Source: Podarcis erhardii
Taxonomy: Eukaryota
NCBI GenBank assembly: GCA_964252035.1
Contig: OZ176208.1
DNA length: 64,000 nucleotides
Reading direction: 5' to 3' (one strand)
Positions 1-12,593 of this stretch are shown piece by piece. How positions within the stretch are numbered: position 1 is the first letter of the stretch; each line of letters begins with the position of its first letter. The notes below the pieces were generated by a model, which saw nothing but the letters and a program-made list of their open reading frames with translations, searched no databases and was not told the origin of the DNA. The translations under genes were made by a program, and so were the position numbers.

Positions 1-887
1 TTACTATCTCCCTCTTAACAAACTCCCAGCCATCATGAACTCCCTTTCCTTTTAGTATTACTGTCCATGGGATCTCACCCAGCACTTCCCTAAGTTTTAT
101 GAAGTCGGCTTTCTTAAAGTCAAGAAATTGAGTCCTAGTATGCTTGGCTGCTCCTTTCCGCTGTATAGTAAACTTCAGAAGAGCATGATCACTCACGCCT
201 AATGATCCTTCCATTCTACCCCACTAACCAGGTCATCAACGTTGGTTAGGACCAGATCTAAAATGGCTGTTCCTCTTGTTGCTTCTCCCATTTTCTGGAC
301 AATGAAGTTGTCTGCAAGGCCAGTGAGGAATCTGTTTGACCTTATGCTCTTGGCTGAGTTTGACATCCAACAAATATCCGGGTAATTGAAGTCCCCCATT
401 ACTACTATCTCCCTTCCTTTTGCATGCTTGGCCATCTGTTCCAGGAAGGCATCATCTATGTCCTCCGTTTGGCTTGGGGATCTATAGTAAACTCCCACAA
501 TGAGGTCACTGTTATTCTTCTCTCCTTTAATTTTGACCCAAATGCTCTCATTTGGCTTTGAGGTTCTAAATCTTGGATCTCTTCACCGGTATACACATCC
601 CTGACATATAACGCCACTCCTTCTCCTTTCTTGTCTGGTCTGTTTCTCTGAAATAGATTGTATCCCTCCATTATTACATTCTAATCGTGGGACTTATCCC
701 ACCAGGTTTCAGTGATGCCTATTATGTCATATTTAGTTTGCTGTACCAAGAGCTCAAGCTCATCTTGTTTATTTCCCATGCTTTGCGCATTAGTGTACAG
801 ACATTGAAGTCCATTAATCATTCCCCTGTGTCTCTTATTTAAGGATTTTTTCCTCCCACCACTAGTTCTGCGTGCTGTTTGCTCCAT
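1..887 (-). pseudogene. CR1 ORF2 N-terminus (APE endonuclease), disrupted
   Basis: TAG at 681-683 where Trp is expected (WWDKSHD*NVIMEGY); frameshifts near 550 (SQ/ESIWVKI) and near 213 (GVE/EGSLGVSDH); frame then open to the window edge (DFKKADFIKLREVLGEIPW). Confidence 0.9.
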
Positions 888-969
888 TGGTCTATGACAT
901 TTGGATGATCATTTTCATCAACTGATAGACTCCTACCTTCAGGAGCACTGTCTCCCTCCCCCACATTAG

Positions 970-1998
970 TCAGTTTAAAGCCCTCCTGATGAGGTTTCTG
1001 AGATTTTGGGCAAAAACATTCCTCCCAACCGTTGTGAGGTGCAGCCCATCGCTTGCCAAAAGTCCATCTTCAAGAAACTGCAGTCCGTGATCTAAGAATC
1101 CAAACCGTTCCTGTTTACACCATTTGCGAAGCCAGCTGTTCACTTCCACTATTTTTCCCTCTCTCCCTGGGCCACGTCGTTCAACTGGGAGGACAGATGA
1201 GATGACAATTTGTGCATTTAATTGCTTCAATTTCCTGCCCAGAGCCTCATAGTCTCTCTTGATCTTCTGGAGGCTATTGCTTGCAGTGTCATTGGTTCCC
1301 ACATGAACCAAGAGGAAGGGGTATTTGTCAGTGGGTTTTATGATTCCTTGCAGTCGTTCAGTTACATCTTGGATCTTAGCCCCGGGGAGACAGCACACTT
1401 CCTGAGACATCTTGTCAGGCCCACAGATCACTGCTTCTGTTCCCCTCAGTAGGGAATCCCCTATCACCACTACACGCCTCCTCTTAGGTCTGGTCGGAGT
1501 GCTTCCATGAGCTGTCTGTTCCAAGGTCGCCTGCACATTCCCTGAGGATTGACTTTGCTGCTTGGTTTCATATACCTGATTGACTGTAATGAGGGAGAGA
1601 TCCTCAAACGGAGTCTGCTCTTCGTCTTCCATGCTAGGGCAGAGGACCTCAAAGCGATTGTGTATTTCTAAACAATCAGAGCGAACCCTGGGCCTCCTAC
1701 TTCTTTGAGTCACATTTCTCCATATATCTGGCTCCTGTATTGGTGAACTAGCCTCCTTCTCAGGGGAGTCCCCTGTCTCCTCCTTGGTGGAGACGGTGTG
1801 CTCTGTTGCTTCCAAGAAGAGCTCCAGCTCTCTGATTCTTTGGAGCGTAGCTACACGTTCCTCCAGTTGCTGGACTTTGTCTTCTAAGAGGGCAATCAAC
1901 ATGCAATTGCTGCAGGTAAAGCTGCCTGCAACCTTTGGCAAGATGGCAAACATTGCGCAGGAACCGCAGGCGACTGCAGCTGTTCCCTCACCCTCCAT
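970..1998 (-). CDS. CR1 ORF1p, 342 aa: zinc finger, coiled coil and SGNH/GDSL esterase domain
   Basis: CGSC-x14-CSNC; heptad-like LEDKVQQLEERVATLQ; esterase blocks VVIGDSLLRG, CCLPGAKI, VHVGTND, DGLHLT; open from ATG to TGA. Confidence 0.9.
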   Translation of the reverse strand: MEGEGTAAVACGSCAMFAILPKVAGSFTCSNCMLIALLEDKVQQLEERVATLQRIRELELFLEATEHTVSTKEETGDSPEKEASSPIQEPDIWRNVTQRSRRPRVRSDCLEIHNRFEVLCPSMEDEEQTPFEDLSLITVNQVYETKQQSQSSGNVQATLEQTAHGSTPTRPKRRRVVVIGDSLLRGTEAVICGPDKMSQEVCCLPGAKIQDVTERLQGIIKPTDKYPFLLVHVGTNDTASNSLQKIKRDYEALGRKLKQLNAQIVISSVLPVERRGPGREGKIVEVNSWLRKWCKQERFGFLDHGLQFLEDGLLASDGLHLTTVGRNVFAQNLRNLIRRALN

Positions 1999-2158
1999 CT
2001 TGAGAACGTGTCATTGGGGGTGGCTACAGCGGTCCTCCATCATAAAAAGCATGAAGACAGGACAAATAACTCCCCCCCAAAAAAAAACTAGGTCTCCCCC
2101 AACAAACGTTTGAGACTAGCTCCCCTAAATCTAAAAGATGGATCAAACTGTGCGCGCC

Positions 2159-2540
2159 GCTGCCCTGCAAGCTCTGATAAGCTCCTCCCACAGCTAATCA
2201 CCTGCCTCAACAGAAACCCTGCCCCCTCTGACCTTTGCACAGGGAGAGCAGCTAATCAGCCACAAAGAAACACACACACAAGAAAACCCTTTTTGCTCCT
2301 TCCTCAGTTGCTGCCCTGCAAGCTCTGATAAGCTCCTCCCACAGCTAATCACCTGCCTCAACAGAAACCCTGCCCTCTGACCTTTGCACAGGGAGAGCAG
2401 CTAATCAGCCACAAAGAAACACACACACAAGAAAACCTTTTTTCCTCCTTCTTCAGCTGCTGCCCTGCAAGCTCTGATAAGCTCCTCCCACAGCTAATCA
2501 CCTGCCTCAACAGAAACCCTGCCCCCTCTGACCCTTGCAA
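2159..2540 (-). repeat. ~150-bp tandem monomers (about 2.5 copies) forming the CR1 5' UTR
   Basis: TGCCCTGCAAGCTCTGATAAG recurs at 2161, 2312 and 2461 (periods 151 and 149) with near-identical units. Confidence 0.92.
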
Positions 2541-2615
2541 AGCCCTGCTTCAACATCTACTCATTGCAAATCATAGCTCAGCACTCCCTGCAATGAACTC
2601 CATCTGCTCATGCTG

Positions 2616-2975
2616 GTAAGGTGAAGGGTAAAGGGACCCCTGACCATAACGTCCAGTCGTGGCCGACTTTGGGGTTGCGGCGCTCATCTCGCTTTATTGG
2701 CTGAGGGAGCCGGCGTACAGCTTCTGAGTCAAGTGGCCAGCATGACTAAGCCGCTTCTGGTGAAACCAGAGCAGCGCATGGAAATGCCGTTTACCTTCCC
2801 ACCGGAGCAGTACCTATTTATCTACTTGCACTTTGATGTCCTTTCGAACTGCTAGGTTGGCAGGAGCAGGGATCGAGCAACAGGTGCTCACCCCATCACA
2901 GGGATTCGAACCACTGACCACCTGATCGGCAAGTCCTAGGCTCTGTGGTTTAACCCACAGCGCCACCCACGTCCC
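2616..2975 (-). mobile_element. Sauria SINE (Squam1/POM-like), full length
   Basis: tRNA-like head GGGACGTGGGTGGCGCTGTGGG on minus; ACCTTT-type tail; matches four other copies in the window. Confidence 0.92.
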
Positions 2976-4355
2976 ATGTCAAATGAAATGAGGCAGAGGC
3001 CATGCAGAGGTTCTCCAAAGAACTGCACTGGGATACAGTCAAATTAAGTAGGGGAGGGCGGACATTCTAAGCATTTTAAAAAGCATTTTTAAAGCAACCA
3101 TTATTTAAAGTGTTTACAGGCAATTGTTAGAAATATACTGCCTACTTAAAAATAATAATTAGGTAAGTAAGGAACACATCACACAAATGCAGGAAGAAGA
3201 TGGGCACTGTAGAATCCAGATTAATCAAAGAAATGGGTCCTTGTCCCACTATCTCTTTGTAATTATATAGTTGTAACCAGGGAGGAGAACTTCCTTGCTC
3301 TACAAGAAATAGAATTAAGCAATATACTCACAAACTCCAGCTTTTAAAGTTGAATTATATTCTTTTGCAAGGACTCTGACAGAACTTTTCCAAATCATTA
3401 ATCTACTGAATGGCTTCTCATTTGATACACAATCATTATTTTCAAGCAATGCCAATTGGTTGGCTTCAGATAACTGATTATTATTAAGCATGAATTGCCT
3501 GCCACCCCCTGGGACCATGATGAAAATGAGATGTCGCTTCTCTAAAGAGACCTCCTGAAAAGAAACATTTACAAGTAAATAGCGAAACTGAACATTTGGC
3601 AAATTGCTATTACGTACTGTAAACAGTAAATCACGCTCTCCTTAAATTGAATCATATCCTCAACAGTTGATGACAGACCTGTGAATTAGCTTGTGCTTCC
3701 ATTGGCAGTGCCAGAATTCCATTATGGACAATGAAATGATACTAAACACCACAGGATAACTTCATCAAGAAAATTGGTACTACAGTAATAAGTAGCACCT
3801 CGTTTTCAATTGTTGCACAGTTAGTTCTCACTGCTTCCTCCATGCCGTTGTGTATTATGGTAAATAATTTCCTGGAGAGATGTTAGGGTAAACAGGATTG
3901 TGTGTGTTGTGAGCTGACAGCCATTTCCACCACTTATTTCTCTGGAATAAATGCCGCCCCCGTGTTGCTGTTGATGCTAACCTTTTCCCCCTGTGACTAT
4001 GCACCCTCACATTTGACCAAATAAACAGATACATCACTGTGAACTCGTTCTAAGTTGCAATTTACCAATATCTTACCAGATTTCTACACAAAATAAACCG
4101 TTAACAGCAAACTTGCCTATGAATTGCAACATGTCATCACCATCATCTATGCAGGAATTTTCTCTGTACAGCAGCTTAGAAGATATAGGAAGAGGTCCAT
4201 CTTGATTTTTTTTGTGGGAAAGGGCTATGTGTCGTGATTTTTAAATCTATCTCAAAGAAAACAGGAAGTTGCCATTGCCTTTTTGAATATTGACAGGCAG
4301 CAGCTTGAGGGGCAACTTTCAAACCCCGGAAGTGACAATGCCTTTCACATGAGCA

Positions 4356-4840
4356 GTGTCAGGAAGGTTTTGGGCATCACATAGCAGGACAGAGTCTCAA
4401 ACAAAGATGTGCTCTTCCAAGCACACATTCCTAGAATGTTTGCACTCCTGTCTCAGTGATGTCTTCATTGTCTTGGTCATGTCTGCAGAATGCAAGTTGG
4501 CAGAATCCCCTAGGACATGCTTGGCAGGGAGTGGGCTTCAGGCACCAGGCCTATTGGTAGACCAACTCTCTTACAAAGATGACTGCAAACATGACAAGAA
4601 GGCTGACGGCATCAACCCCAGGTCATGTATCACAGCAGTGATCAGAGGAGGAATGACCACTGGGAGGAGTGTAGACTGAAGAAGTGCCATGGTGCACCTG
4701 CCGCAGCACAGCTGGATGCCTTCATCTGCCCCAGCTGCAGCAAAACATGTCTCTCCTGTATCAGTCTCTATAGCCACAGCAGGCGCCATCCCAGAGTTGC
4801 ACTCCCCCATTGCCTCCCAAAACAGGTGGATGCCAACCAA
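4356..4840 (+). mobile_element. RTE-clade LINE 3' fragment, decayed
   Basis: Stop/frameshift-broken translation GITxQDRVSNKDVL, LGHVCRM..GRIP, YKDDCKHD, and C-terminal zinc finger FICPSCSKTCLSCISLYSHSRR; 3' end ...GGATGCCAAC. Confidence 0.8.
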
Positions 4841-6133
4841 ATGGCTTGCCAGGTTTTTTTGTTTTTCACATCATACCTAGCTTATCTTTGCAACTGAACC
4901 TGAGACCTTCTCAATGCAGGAAGAACTAGCCCTTCTCTGTCAACTTTTGAAACACTGAAATATTGTTGTTTAATTGTATTAATGATAATTCACAATGATA
5001 AGGATATGTGCAGTTGACAGAAATAGTTCTTAGTAGCAGCGGATATGAAGGACTCCTTGATGTCCCATTGGTGATGACTCGCAAATTAATATAACTGCTT
5101 CTGGTCCTTCATTAACTAAATTAATGGGCTGGAGTGCGCCCTTATTTATAGATGGTCCTGATGTCCAGAGTTAGCTCCACAAGATTTTCATGTCCGTATC
5201 TGAATAGACTTGGGCTCATTAAATTATTCTGGAAAGTGAAGAATGTCCCTAAATGTTTACTAATAGCTTTTGTAATAAAATTCAGGGCAGAATCACCTGT
5301 ATACAGATTAGTGAAGCCACACATAACATCAATAGACAAAGCAGCCCTTCCATGAAATAAGCCCCTGTGCATCTTGTGTCAGCAGTATTCACAAATGACT
5401 AGCTCTGTTGTTTTTCAATGAAGCGACTAAACAGTTCTGTTTTTCCCTCTCGCCTGCCTCCTCCCCCTCCCTATTAATCCTTGACATGAAAGTTTCTAAG
5501 GGAAGTTTGAGAAAACACTTTACCAGTCATGCATATTTTGCATTAGCAACACCAAACAAAAAACACATTTTCAATACATTATTATATTCTTTGCATGTCA
5601 GCAAAGTCTATTATAATCAGCATGTAAAGCTATTAGTTTGTCAAGTGCTAAATTGAAATCTCATCAGCTTACGCCTTTAGCCAACTGTGCAATAGCCATA
5701 GTAATTAATCCTTACAGATATGCCTTCCAAAGAAAGGTCTGCAAGGAGAATGACTTGGCTATCCTCAGGTGTTTTAACACAGCCAGGCACACACTTATCA
5801 CCTGACATTGTATATAACAATTTCTACAGGATCTAATTGAGGCTTAACTAAATTTCCTGTTAATTTCAAGAAGCACGGTTTAGTATTCAATTAACGAAAT
5901 TCAATTTAGTGGCGCAAGTAATAATATAATACAGTGTTCCTCCAAACAAAATAATCAGACATGAGTTGGTACACAAGATCAGTAAGACGTTGATGAAAAG
6001 TGAACTCTTGCAAGCATTAGCAAGTTGCACCCTTGGTAAACCTTTTAATTCTCAAAATGAACAAAAAAGGTTAACAAAAATTGAAATAACACTCACAAGA
6101 CAAGCTCTACCCCAAGCCAAATAACTACTTTAT

Positions 6134-6136
<3 letters not shown>

Positions 6137-6175
<39 letters not shown>
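6137..6175. repeat. (TG)n microsatellite
   Basis: Direct read. Confidence 0.98.
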
Positions 6176-6178
<3 letters not shown>

Positions 6179-6695
6179 AATATGTACACTATGTTAATTC
6201 TCTTGGCTTCGTATACCAGAGAGAGCCTAAGTAAGCCCTAAAGCACTGTACCAGCTCAAATATCAGCACACACTTGACTATAAGGGTTCTCTATATATGA
6301 CACTTGTTAAATCAAGTGGTCTATGCATCCTCTGTTGGGTCACCTTCATTATCCTTAACACGCCTCTTCCCCTACAAGGCCAAGCAACAGTGCCCTCCTC
6401 CATTCTTTTGGTTCATTTTGTAAGCTAGCTTTCTGCATTTCAGTGTACTGATTTCACTCAAGCAGATGCTCCTACCTTAAGTTTGAAGAAGTGGTCTAGA
6501 ATCTGATGTGAAGTATTTCACAAAAGATGACACCAAGAGGTATCAGCCCAAACAGAAGCTTTATTGAGAACCACTTTAAAATGTTATTCAGTGTGGCCAG
6601 CTACTTTCTGTCTAAAAGCCTGCTCCACTTTTCTGAAATTGACCACTTATTTGAGGTATCACACTTATCACACGTTTCCACCAAAGCCCATAATC

Positions 6696-6815
6696 CAGGG
6701 ATAGGGAACCTGTGGCCTTCCAAATGTTGCTAGAACCAACAGCATAACCAGTGGTCATGGATTATTACAATTGCAGTCCTGGAACATCTGGAGGGTCAAA
6801 GGCTCTTCACCACTG
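6696..6815. mobile_element. Palindromic hAT-type MITE, decayed
   Basis: GGAACCTGTGGCCTTCCAAATGTT...AACATCTGGAGGGTCAAAGG inverted ends; related to the TSD-bearing copy at 24558; no TSD seen. Confidence 0.55.
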
Positions 6816-9224
6816 CTAAAAAACAGTTACTGATAAAGCAAACAGTTACTGCTATACAAAAACAGTTACTGCTAAAACAACTTGCAAACTGTGTAGGGCT
6901 AAATACATCTCTTAACTGCCTCCTCAGGACTCCAAAATACAGGGACTATCAAACAATAAACATGGCTAGTGGGCTGTCTACTTGCAGTCGCAAGTTTTAT
7001 AGTCCTGTGCTGGGGGGGGGGGAGAACTTATTTATACTGATCTCCCTGTCCAGCCAATGTTAATAAAGTGGTTTTCTTGACCTGACAATGTCAAATTTTC
7101 CTTTGGAATTTTCATTTAAAACATTCCCCTCAAGAATTTTAAAGGACTTTCAAATCTGGAATAAAAGCAAGTTCTTTATTTGTTCTGTGTTCAATATCCA
7201 ATACTGTTTGGAGTGTGAGTGTGACTGGAATCTGCCTCTTTCTAAAATTTAGAAAGACACACAATATCATACCCTTCCTCAGATGAAAATAGGGATATTT
7301 CTCTCCCCCCCCCCCCAACTGACCCTCCTGGATGCCCCTTTTTCATGTCCCGCCCCCACATGGCATTTCTTGTCAGAAGAAGGGTGAGTGGCAGCACCAC
7401 TGCACCAATGAGACACAGCACACACCCCCTCCAATGTCCTGAGAAGACCCCTTAGTCCCAATTTTGTTTTATTCTTTGGTAGATTTACAAAAAAAGGAAA
7501 ACACCTATAAATAAATTTCAGAAAGGAGCAGATTAGATGTGGAAGCACAAAGCAGCATCTTTTTTATTATTAAAACCATACATCAAGACTCCTAGTGCTC
7601 TGCTTCACTCCCCCTTTCTTCCCACCCAGGGCAGCCCTGTGCTCTGACTACCCCTCAGAGCCAGGGCATCACATGGGGCTAGGCCTTGGCAATGACAGCC
7701 TCTCCTCCTTCTCCTCATCGGCTCTCCAGCAGCTGCTATGAGCTGCCCAAGAGAGGAGAACTGTGGCGGGGTGTCGTAGTCCTTGCTGCCAGCCATGGCA
7801 GAGCTCAGTGGAGGGAGAAGCCAGCCAACCAGCCAAGTTTCAGTGGGGCACTTACCTGGAAGCAGAGTCCATATGCAAGGTTCAGCCCAGTGCTAAGTTC
7901 AGGAGTATCTCAGTTCACGTAGACAATCCAAGGGTCAAGAAAGCCAAACGTCGCAAGAAGCAGCAAGGACTGGCCAGGAATGAAAAATGTTGTTTCCAGC
8001 AACGGACTGAGGCTGGAAGCCCTGCTTAAGAAAGCTGGAGGCAGCTGGTTCTCATCAGGAGCAAGAAGGCTGATCAGCAGCAGGTGGAGTCACTTCACCT
8101 TCTGCTCCTTCAGGCTGCTGCTCAGTAGGTGAAGCCGACTCCTGACCCATGACAATGGGATGCTCCCTCAGAGCTGCCACCATTATTGTCACTTCAAGAA
8201 GCACCAACTCATCATCCCCGCTGAGCCTGGTGGTGGTGCTGGCAGGAGAAACAGGGATATTCCAGGATCAAATCAGAGGCTGGGGTGGCCTTCATGATTC
8301 TGGGACTGTCCCTGGAAAATCAAGACACTTGGAGGGTATACGATCTGTTCCATGGTATGGCCTCAAGGCATGTGAAGGCACCACCTTGTGGCAGCTAAGC
8401 CACTCTGGGTCTAGTCAGTACCAGGATGGGATCTAACTGTTAAGAAATGAATGGAATCTATAAAAACTTGACTCCTACTCCATTATATCTGTGGAGGACT
8501 CCAAGTGCAGAAGGGGAAAGCTGCTTGCTCCACCCATAACATCACAGCCATCTCTGGTGCCACATCCTGATGACAATGCATTAACTGTGTACATCTGGAA
8601 AAGGGAGGTCTATGTATTTGCACCAGATGTTGATATTTCCTTTCTCTCTTCTCTGACTTTCTCTCTGCGTATTCCTGCTTCTTTTTGCACCTGTTTAGCA
8701 AAGCTCCTTGCCTTATGCTTTGAGAACCATGCCTAGAGAGAGAAAACCTTTTGGAACTGGGAATGTAAACATAAATCCTCCCATTTTAGCAAGGTTTATT
8801 ACCTGGCTTGGATGAACATTAATCGTGTTCAGCTTCTTGGCTTCTCAGGCTAGGAGTACATAAACAAACAGATGGCAAATAAAAGTCTTAAATGTCATTT
8901 GAAATGAAACATACATCCCAAAAGGTAAATTTCCCAAGGTCACTTTCAAACGATAACTTTGAGGAGAGTACAACAGGAGCAGCCAAACAACACTTTTGTT
9001 TCTCCCCAGATATGAAATAACTATGTGGAGGATGGCAGAATAACCTCTATGAAGTTTCCAAATGGGAAGAAAAAAGGCTGAAGAAATTGCCTGCTTCTTT
9101 GGTTTGTATGCAAATTCATATATTAGCAGTATTTATAGAAAGCCCTTCGCAGATGGCTGATTTTACATTGTATGCCAACCTCTCAAATTAATTTGTTTCT
9201 ATATTCTTTATTCACTACTACTAA

Positions 9225-9770
9225 CTGCTACTACTACTATTTTATTTTCTATACTGTCCTTCATCTGAGGATCATGGTGTTGTTTACAACATAAAAACAC
9301 ATAACGGAGTAACAAACAAAAAGAATAACCCACACACACAGTTTAAAAGGCCGTAGATTGTTTAATTAGCCAAAGATCTATGAGAAAAGGAATGCTTTTC
9401 CTAGCACCTAAAGATATGTACAGTGGTACCTTGGGTTAAGTACTTAATTCGTTCCAGAGGTCTGTACTTAACCTGAAACTGTTCTTAACCTGAAGCACCA
9501 CTTTAGCTAATGGGGCCTCCTGCTGCTGCCGCACCGCCAGAGCACAATTTCTGTTCTCATCTTGAAGCAAAGTTCTTAACCTGAAGCACTATTTCTGGGT
9601 TAGCGGAGTCTGTAACCTGAAGCGTATGTAACTCGAGGTACCACTGTAATGAAAATGCCAGGAGAACCTCCTCAGAGAGAGTATTCTACAAGTGGGAAGC
9701 TACCGCAGAAATGGCCTGCTCTTGTTTTACACCCTCCAGACCTCCGTGGAGGAGGCACGTGACAAAGAAG
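9225..9770 (-). mobile_element. L2 LINE 3' fragment, interrupted by the MITE at 9421-9646
   Basis: Flanks rejoin as CCTAAAGATATGTA|ATGAAAATGCCAGG, similar to the L2 copy at 18813-19242 (CCTAAAGGTGTATAATGAAGGTGCCAGG); (TAC)n tail at left. Confidence 0.65.
9421..9646. mobile_element. Tc1/mariner (Tigger/pogo-like) MITE
   Basis: TIRs CAGTGGTACCT..GTTA (16/18 match); TA TSD at 9419-9420 and 9647-9648; homologous copies at 34376 and 60569. Confidence 0.92.
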
Positions 9771-12593
9771 TGTTTTTTTTTTCAATCAAACCCAAGAAAA
9801 TATAAAATAAATGAGACCCTAGTGCAAAAGGAATTGGTAACAAGATGGGAAAATAAAAGAAAAACACTGTGAAATATAGAAGAATCAAGAGGAGAAATGG
9901 TGAGGGGAAGATTAGCACCACAGAGTTGTTCATAAATGGTAATTCTGTACTGTTTGCAGACTGCTGCTTTCCAATGCTCCTCTCAAAAAGAAAGCATATC
10001 CTGATTGGTTATAGGCATCCCCAATTGTTGTTTCAAGGGCAGACTGTACAAGTTTGAGTGAAATTGCTGTGGGCCTCTTTATTCATTTCTATTGTGCCAC
10101 ACTTGCATTTATGCCACACATGAGGTACCTTCCCAGTAACCTAGGTTTGTAATCAGTTTGACGGAACTTTTCCCCTCAATAATTCCTGAAGTAGCTGTTG
10201 AGTAGTTAAATAAATTACAGTCCCCAGCACATGATTTATGACACCTCCTGATCCATACAGAGCAGATATTAGGAGTTTCCATTGTTTTTATGGCAAGTAT
10301 AGTCATTGAGTGAAAAATAAAGCATTGTCGCTGGCTAGGGAAAGGAAACATTTATTACCTCTCTTGCAAAACGTATTCCCTAATAAATATGAAATATGAG
10401 GGAATAAAGTGTCAAGAGTATCACATTCATTTGCTGATATTATGGTGTTTCTGTGATATACAAGGCCAACTAGGGCATAGATAACAATATTTCTATAATC
10501 TTCACCATTGTATAATTTTGCATACTGTGAATCACTTTAATAAAATGTAAATTTAGAGTCTAGTTTCCTCATTTATGTGTGCATTATTAACCATGCTTCT
10601 CATACAGTTATTGAAGTAAGATCTCTCCTCTGCTGTGATAATACTCAGTGCTCATCAGCTTGCCAATATGTCTCCAAAGTTTTATTTTCTTAGCATATTG
10701 GATACAGTCTCCTTTTGGGGTAGGTCAACATTCCCCCTGCAGTGCCAGAAAACCTCAGATGTGATCCCTGTGGCCCAGTTGTGATGATTTCTCAAGAAAT
10801 AAGCTTACTGGATTTCATACTCCAAAGCTCAACTGGCCCTTTGATGTAAGCAACCACATACAAACACACTTTTTTTTTTCATTTAGCATTTTACAATTTT
10901 AACTTGTACCTTCTTCCATAGCAAAAATATCCACCCCCTGCCATCAAGCAATCCTATGAGTGGCTGGTGCAACCCAGTGAAGATGAACAGCATATAAATA
11001 CATTGTTGTTGTTGTTGTATAGCATAATTGACAAAACACAGAATTCTTAAATCAGAGTCCTCCTGATTTACATTAGTTCACATTTTGTTTTGTTGTGAAT
11101 GGTGGATAACAACAGATATATTATACTGGCTGGTAAAATATAGTTTATTTCCCTTTTTTTTAAAAAAAACAGTAAGAGCAGGAACTAACCATGTCACTAG
11201 TTTCCATTAGCTTAGGAGTAGGGAACATTTGTTTAACACAACACCAGTTAATTCTGCCCCCCTCAGCCCACCAAAAAAGGAATAAATCATTATTATTAAT
11301 TATAAAATTTCTACACCACCCTTCATCCAAAGATCACAGGGAGCTTTACAGTAACAAACACAAAAAGATATACAATAATAACAAACCAAAACAACAACCC
11401 CCAAACATAGTTTAAAATATTTTTTTTAATTGGCTCCTGAAATAGCCACCATCATCTAATTTCTCTGCCAACAAATCAGGCTGAATGCTTATTAAACAGG
11501 TTGTCTGGAAGCACTCCCAGTTTTCCTTTTGAGAAAATAGCAGCTGGGGGGGGTATTTTCTTTGGGAGACAGAATAGGGGAAGAGGGTTAACCTCCGCTC
11601 CCCCATGCACCGTGATGCGAAACAGTTGGACTGCAAGTGACATATGAAATGTCTTCACGCATCTCATTCCATGTCTAGCTCAGCCCATGCTTCATCAGTT
11701 CATCAGTCATTTTCGTTTGAAACCGATACCACGCATCCTTTTACACTAATGCTTTGAAGTTATGTACTATCAAGGACTGAATCCACTTTGCATACCGTTA
11801 ATGAAACTCTTGTTTTTCTCAGCCTAAAAATACACCTGGAAAGACGGGTGAGGAAGTGACCTCACACAACAAATTCTTTTCATACTTTCGGCTTCAATTC
11901 ACCACCTTGTAAAACTTAGGTGTAAAATTATGTTGACTTTATGAGAGTCTGATACCATTAACATATAGCACTTAACTCATTCCACTTGTATATGCAATGC
12001 ATTTAAATGTCAGCTTTGACTTTAATGGGACTAAACTGGCAAAAATCCAAGGAGAAGAAGAGTTTTATTTGTTTGCGTCTAAGGCTGATTTACTTTGGAT
12101 TAGCTTCCTGAATTTTATGTGCTATTAGGTAAGCAGGTTTGGGAATGCAGTCTACATGCTGATGCATTTGTTTCCTTTTGGCTGTTGGTTGCACCTACAT
12201 AATTCTGTTGAGTCGGAGCTGTTGTAAGCAATTGCTTAGCTGTAGCATGGCGGTATCTGAAAACATCATATGCTCTTCTGCTTCTACAGCAAAGTAAAAC
12301 TGAGCATTATCCTCACTCAGCACATGTGATATCCTCCAGAAGGGAAAAACAAATGACAACCAGTTTAATAGTTGTTTCCTTTATAACATAACATTTCCTG
12401 TTTTTATTTACTGAGAAGAAATGAGAAAACACTTTATGGGCTAATTCCTTCATCTTGTTTTGAGTCATGGTGGTGGGACTTAGCTCGACCTGGTCATTCA
12501 TTGTGGGCAACAAGAGCTCTTAAATTTTGGCTCCTCTTTGTTAAGGCTATTTTTCAGCCCAATTCATTTCACATTCCAAATATATGGACCCTT

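Larger units (their letters stand above)
1..2540 (-). mobile_element. CR1-clade LINE, 5' half (5' UTR, ORF1, start of ORF2); continues beyond the left window edge
   Basis: ORF1 esterase protein followed by ORF2 APE endonuclease motifs (LYTNAQSMGNK, IGITETWW, GVALYV, VMGDFNYPDICW, ILDLVLTN, SDH) in CR1 order; 5' UTR tandem monomers end near 2540. Confidence 0.93.

Noticed and set aside
2159-2540. CRISPR-like array
   Set aside because: These are contiguous tandem units without unique spacers, in vertebrate DNA with no cas genes.
3332-3554. Possible 223-nt minus-strand coding exon (TTTCTTTTCAG acceptor, GTGAGT donor, one open frame)
   Set aside because: The peptide resembles nothing I recognise and no partner exons were found; such signals arise by chance in 64 kb.
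7772-8154. Possible solo LTR (TGTCGTAG...CCATGACA)
   Set aside because: It has LTR-like ends and composition, but no matching TSD or second copy to support boundaries.
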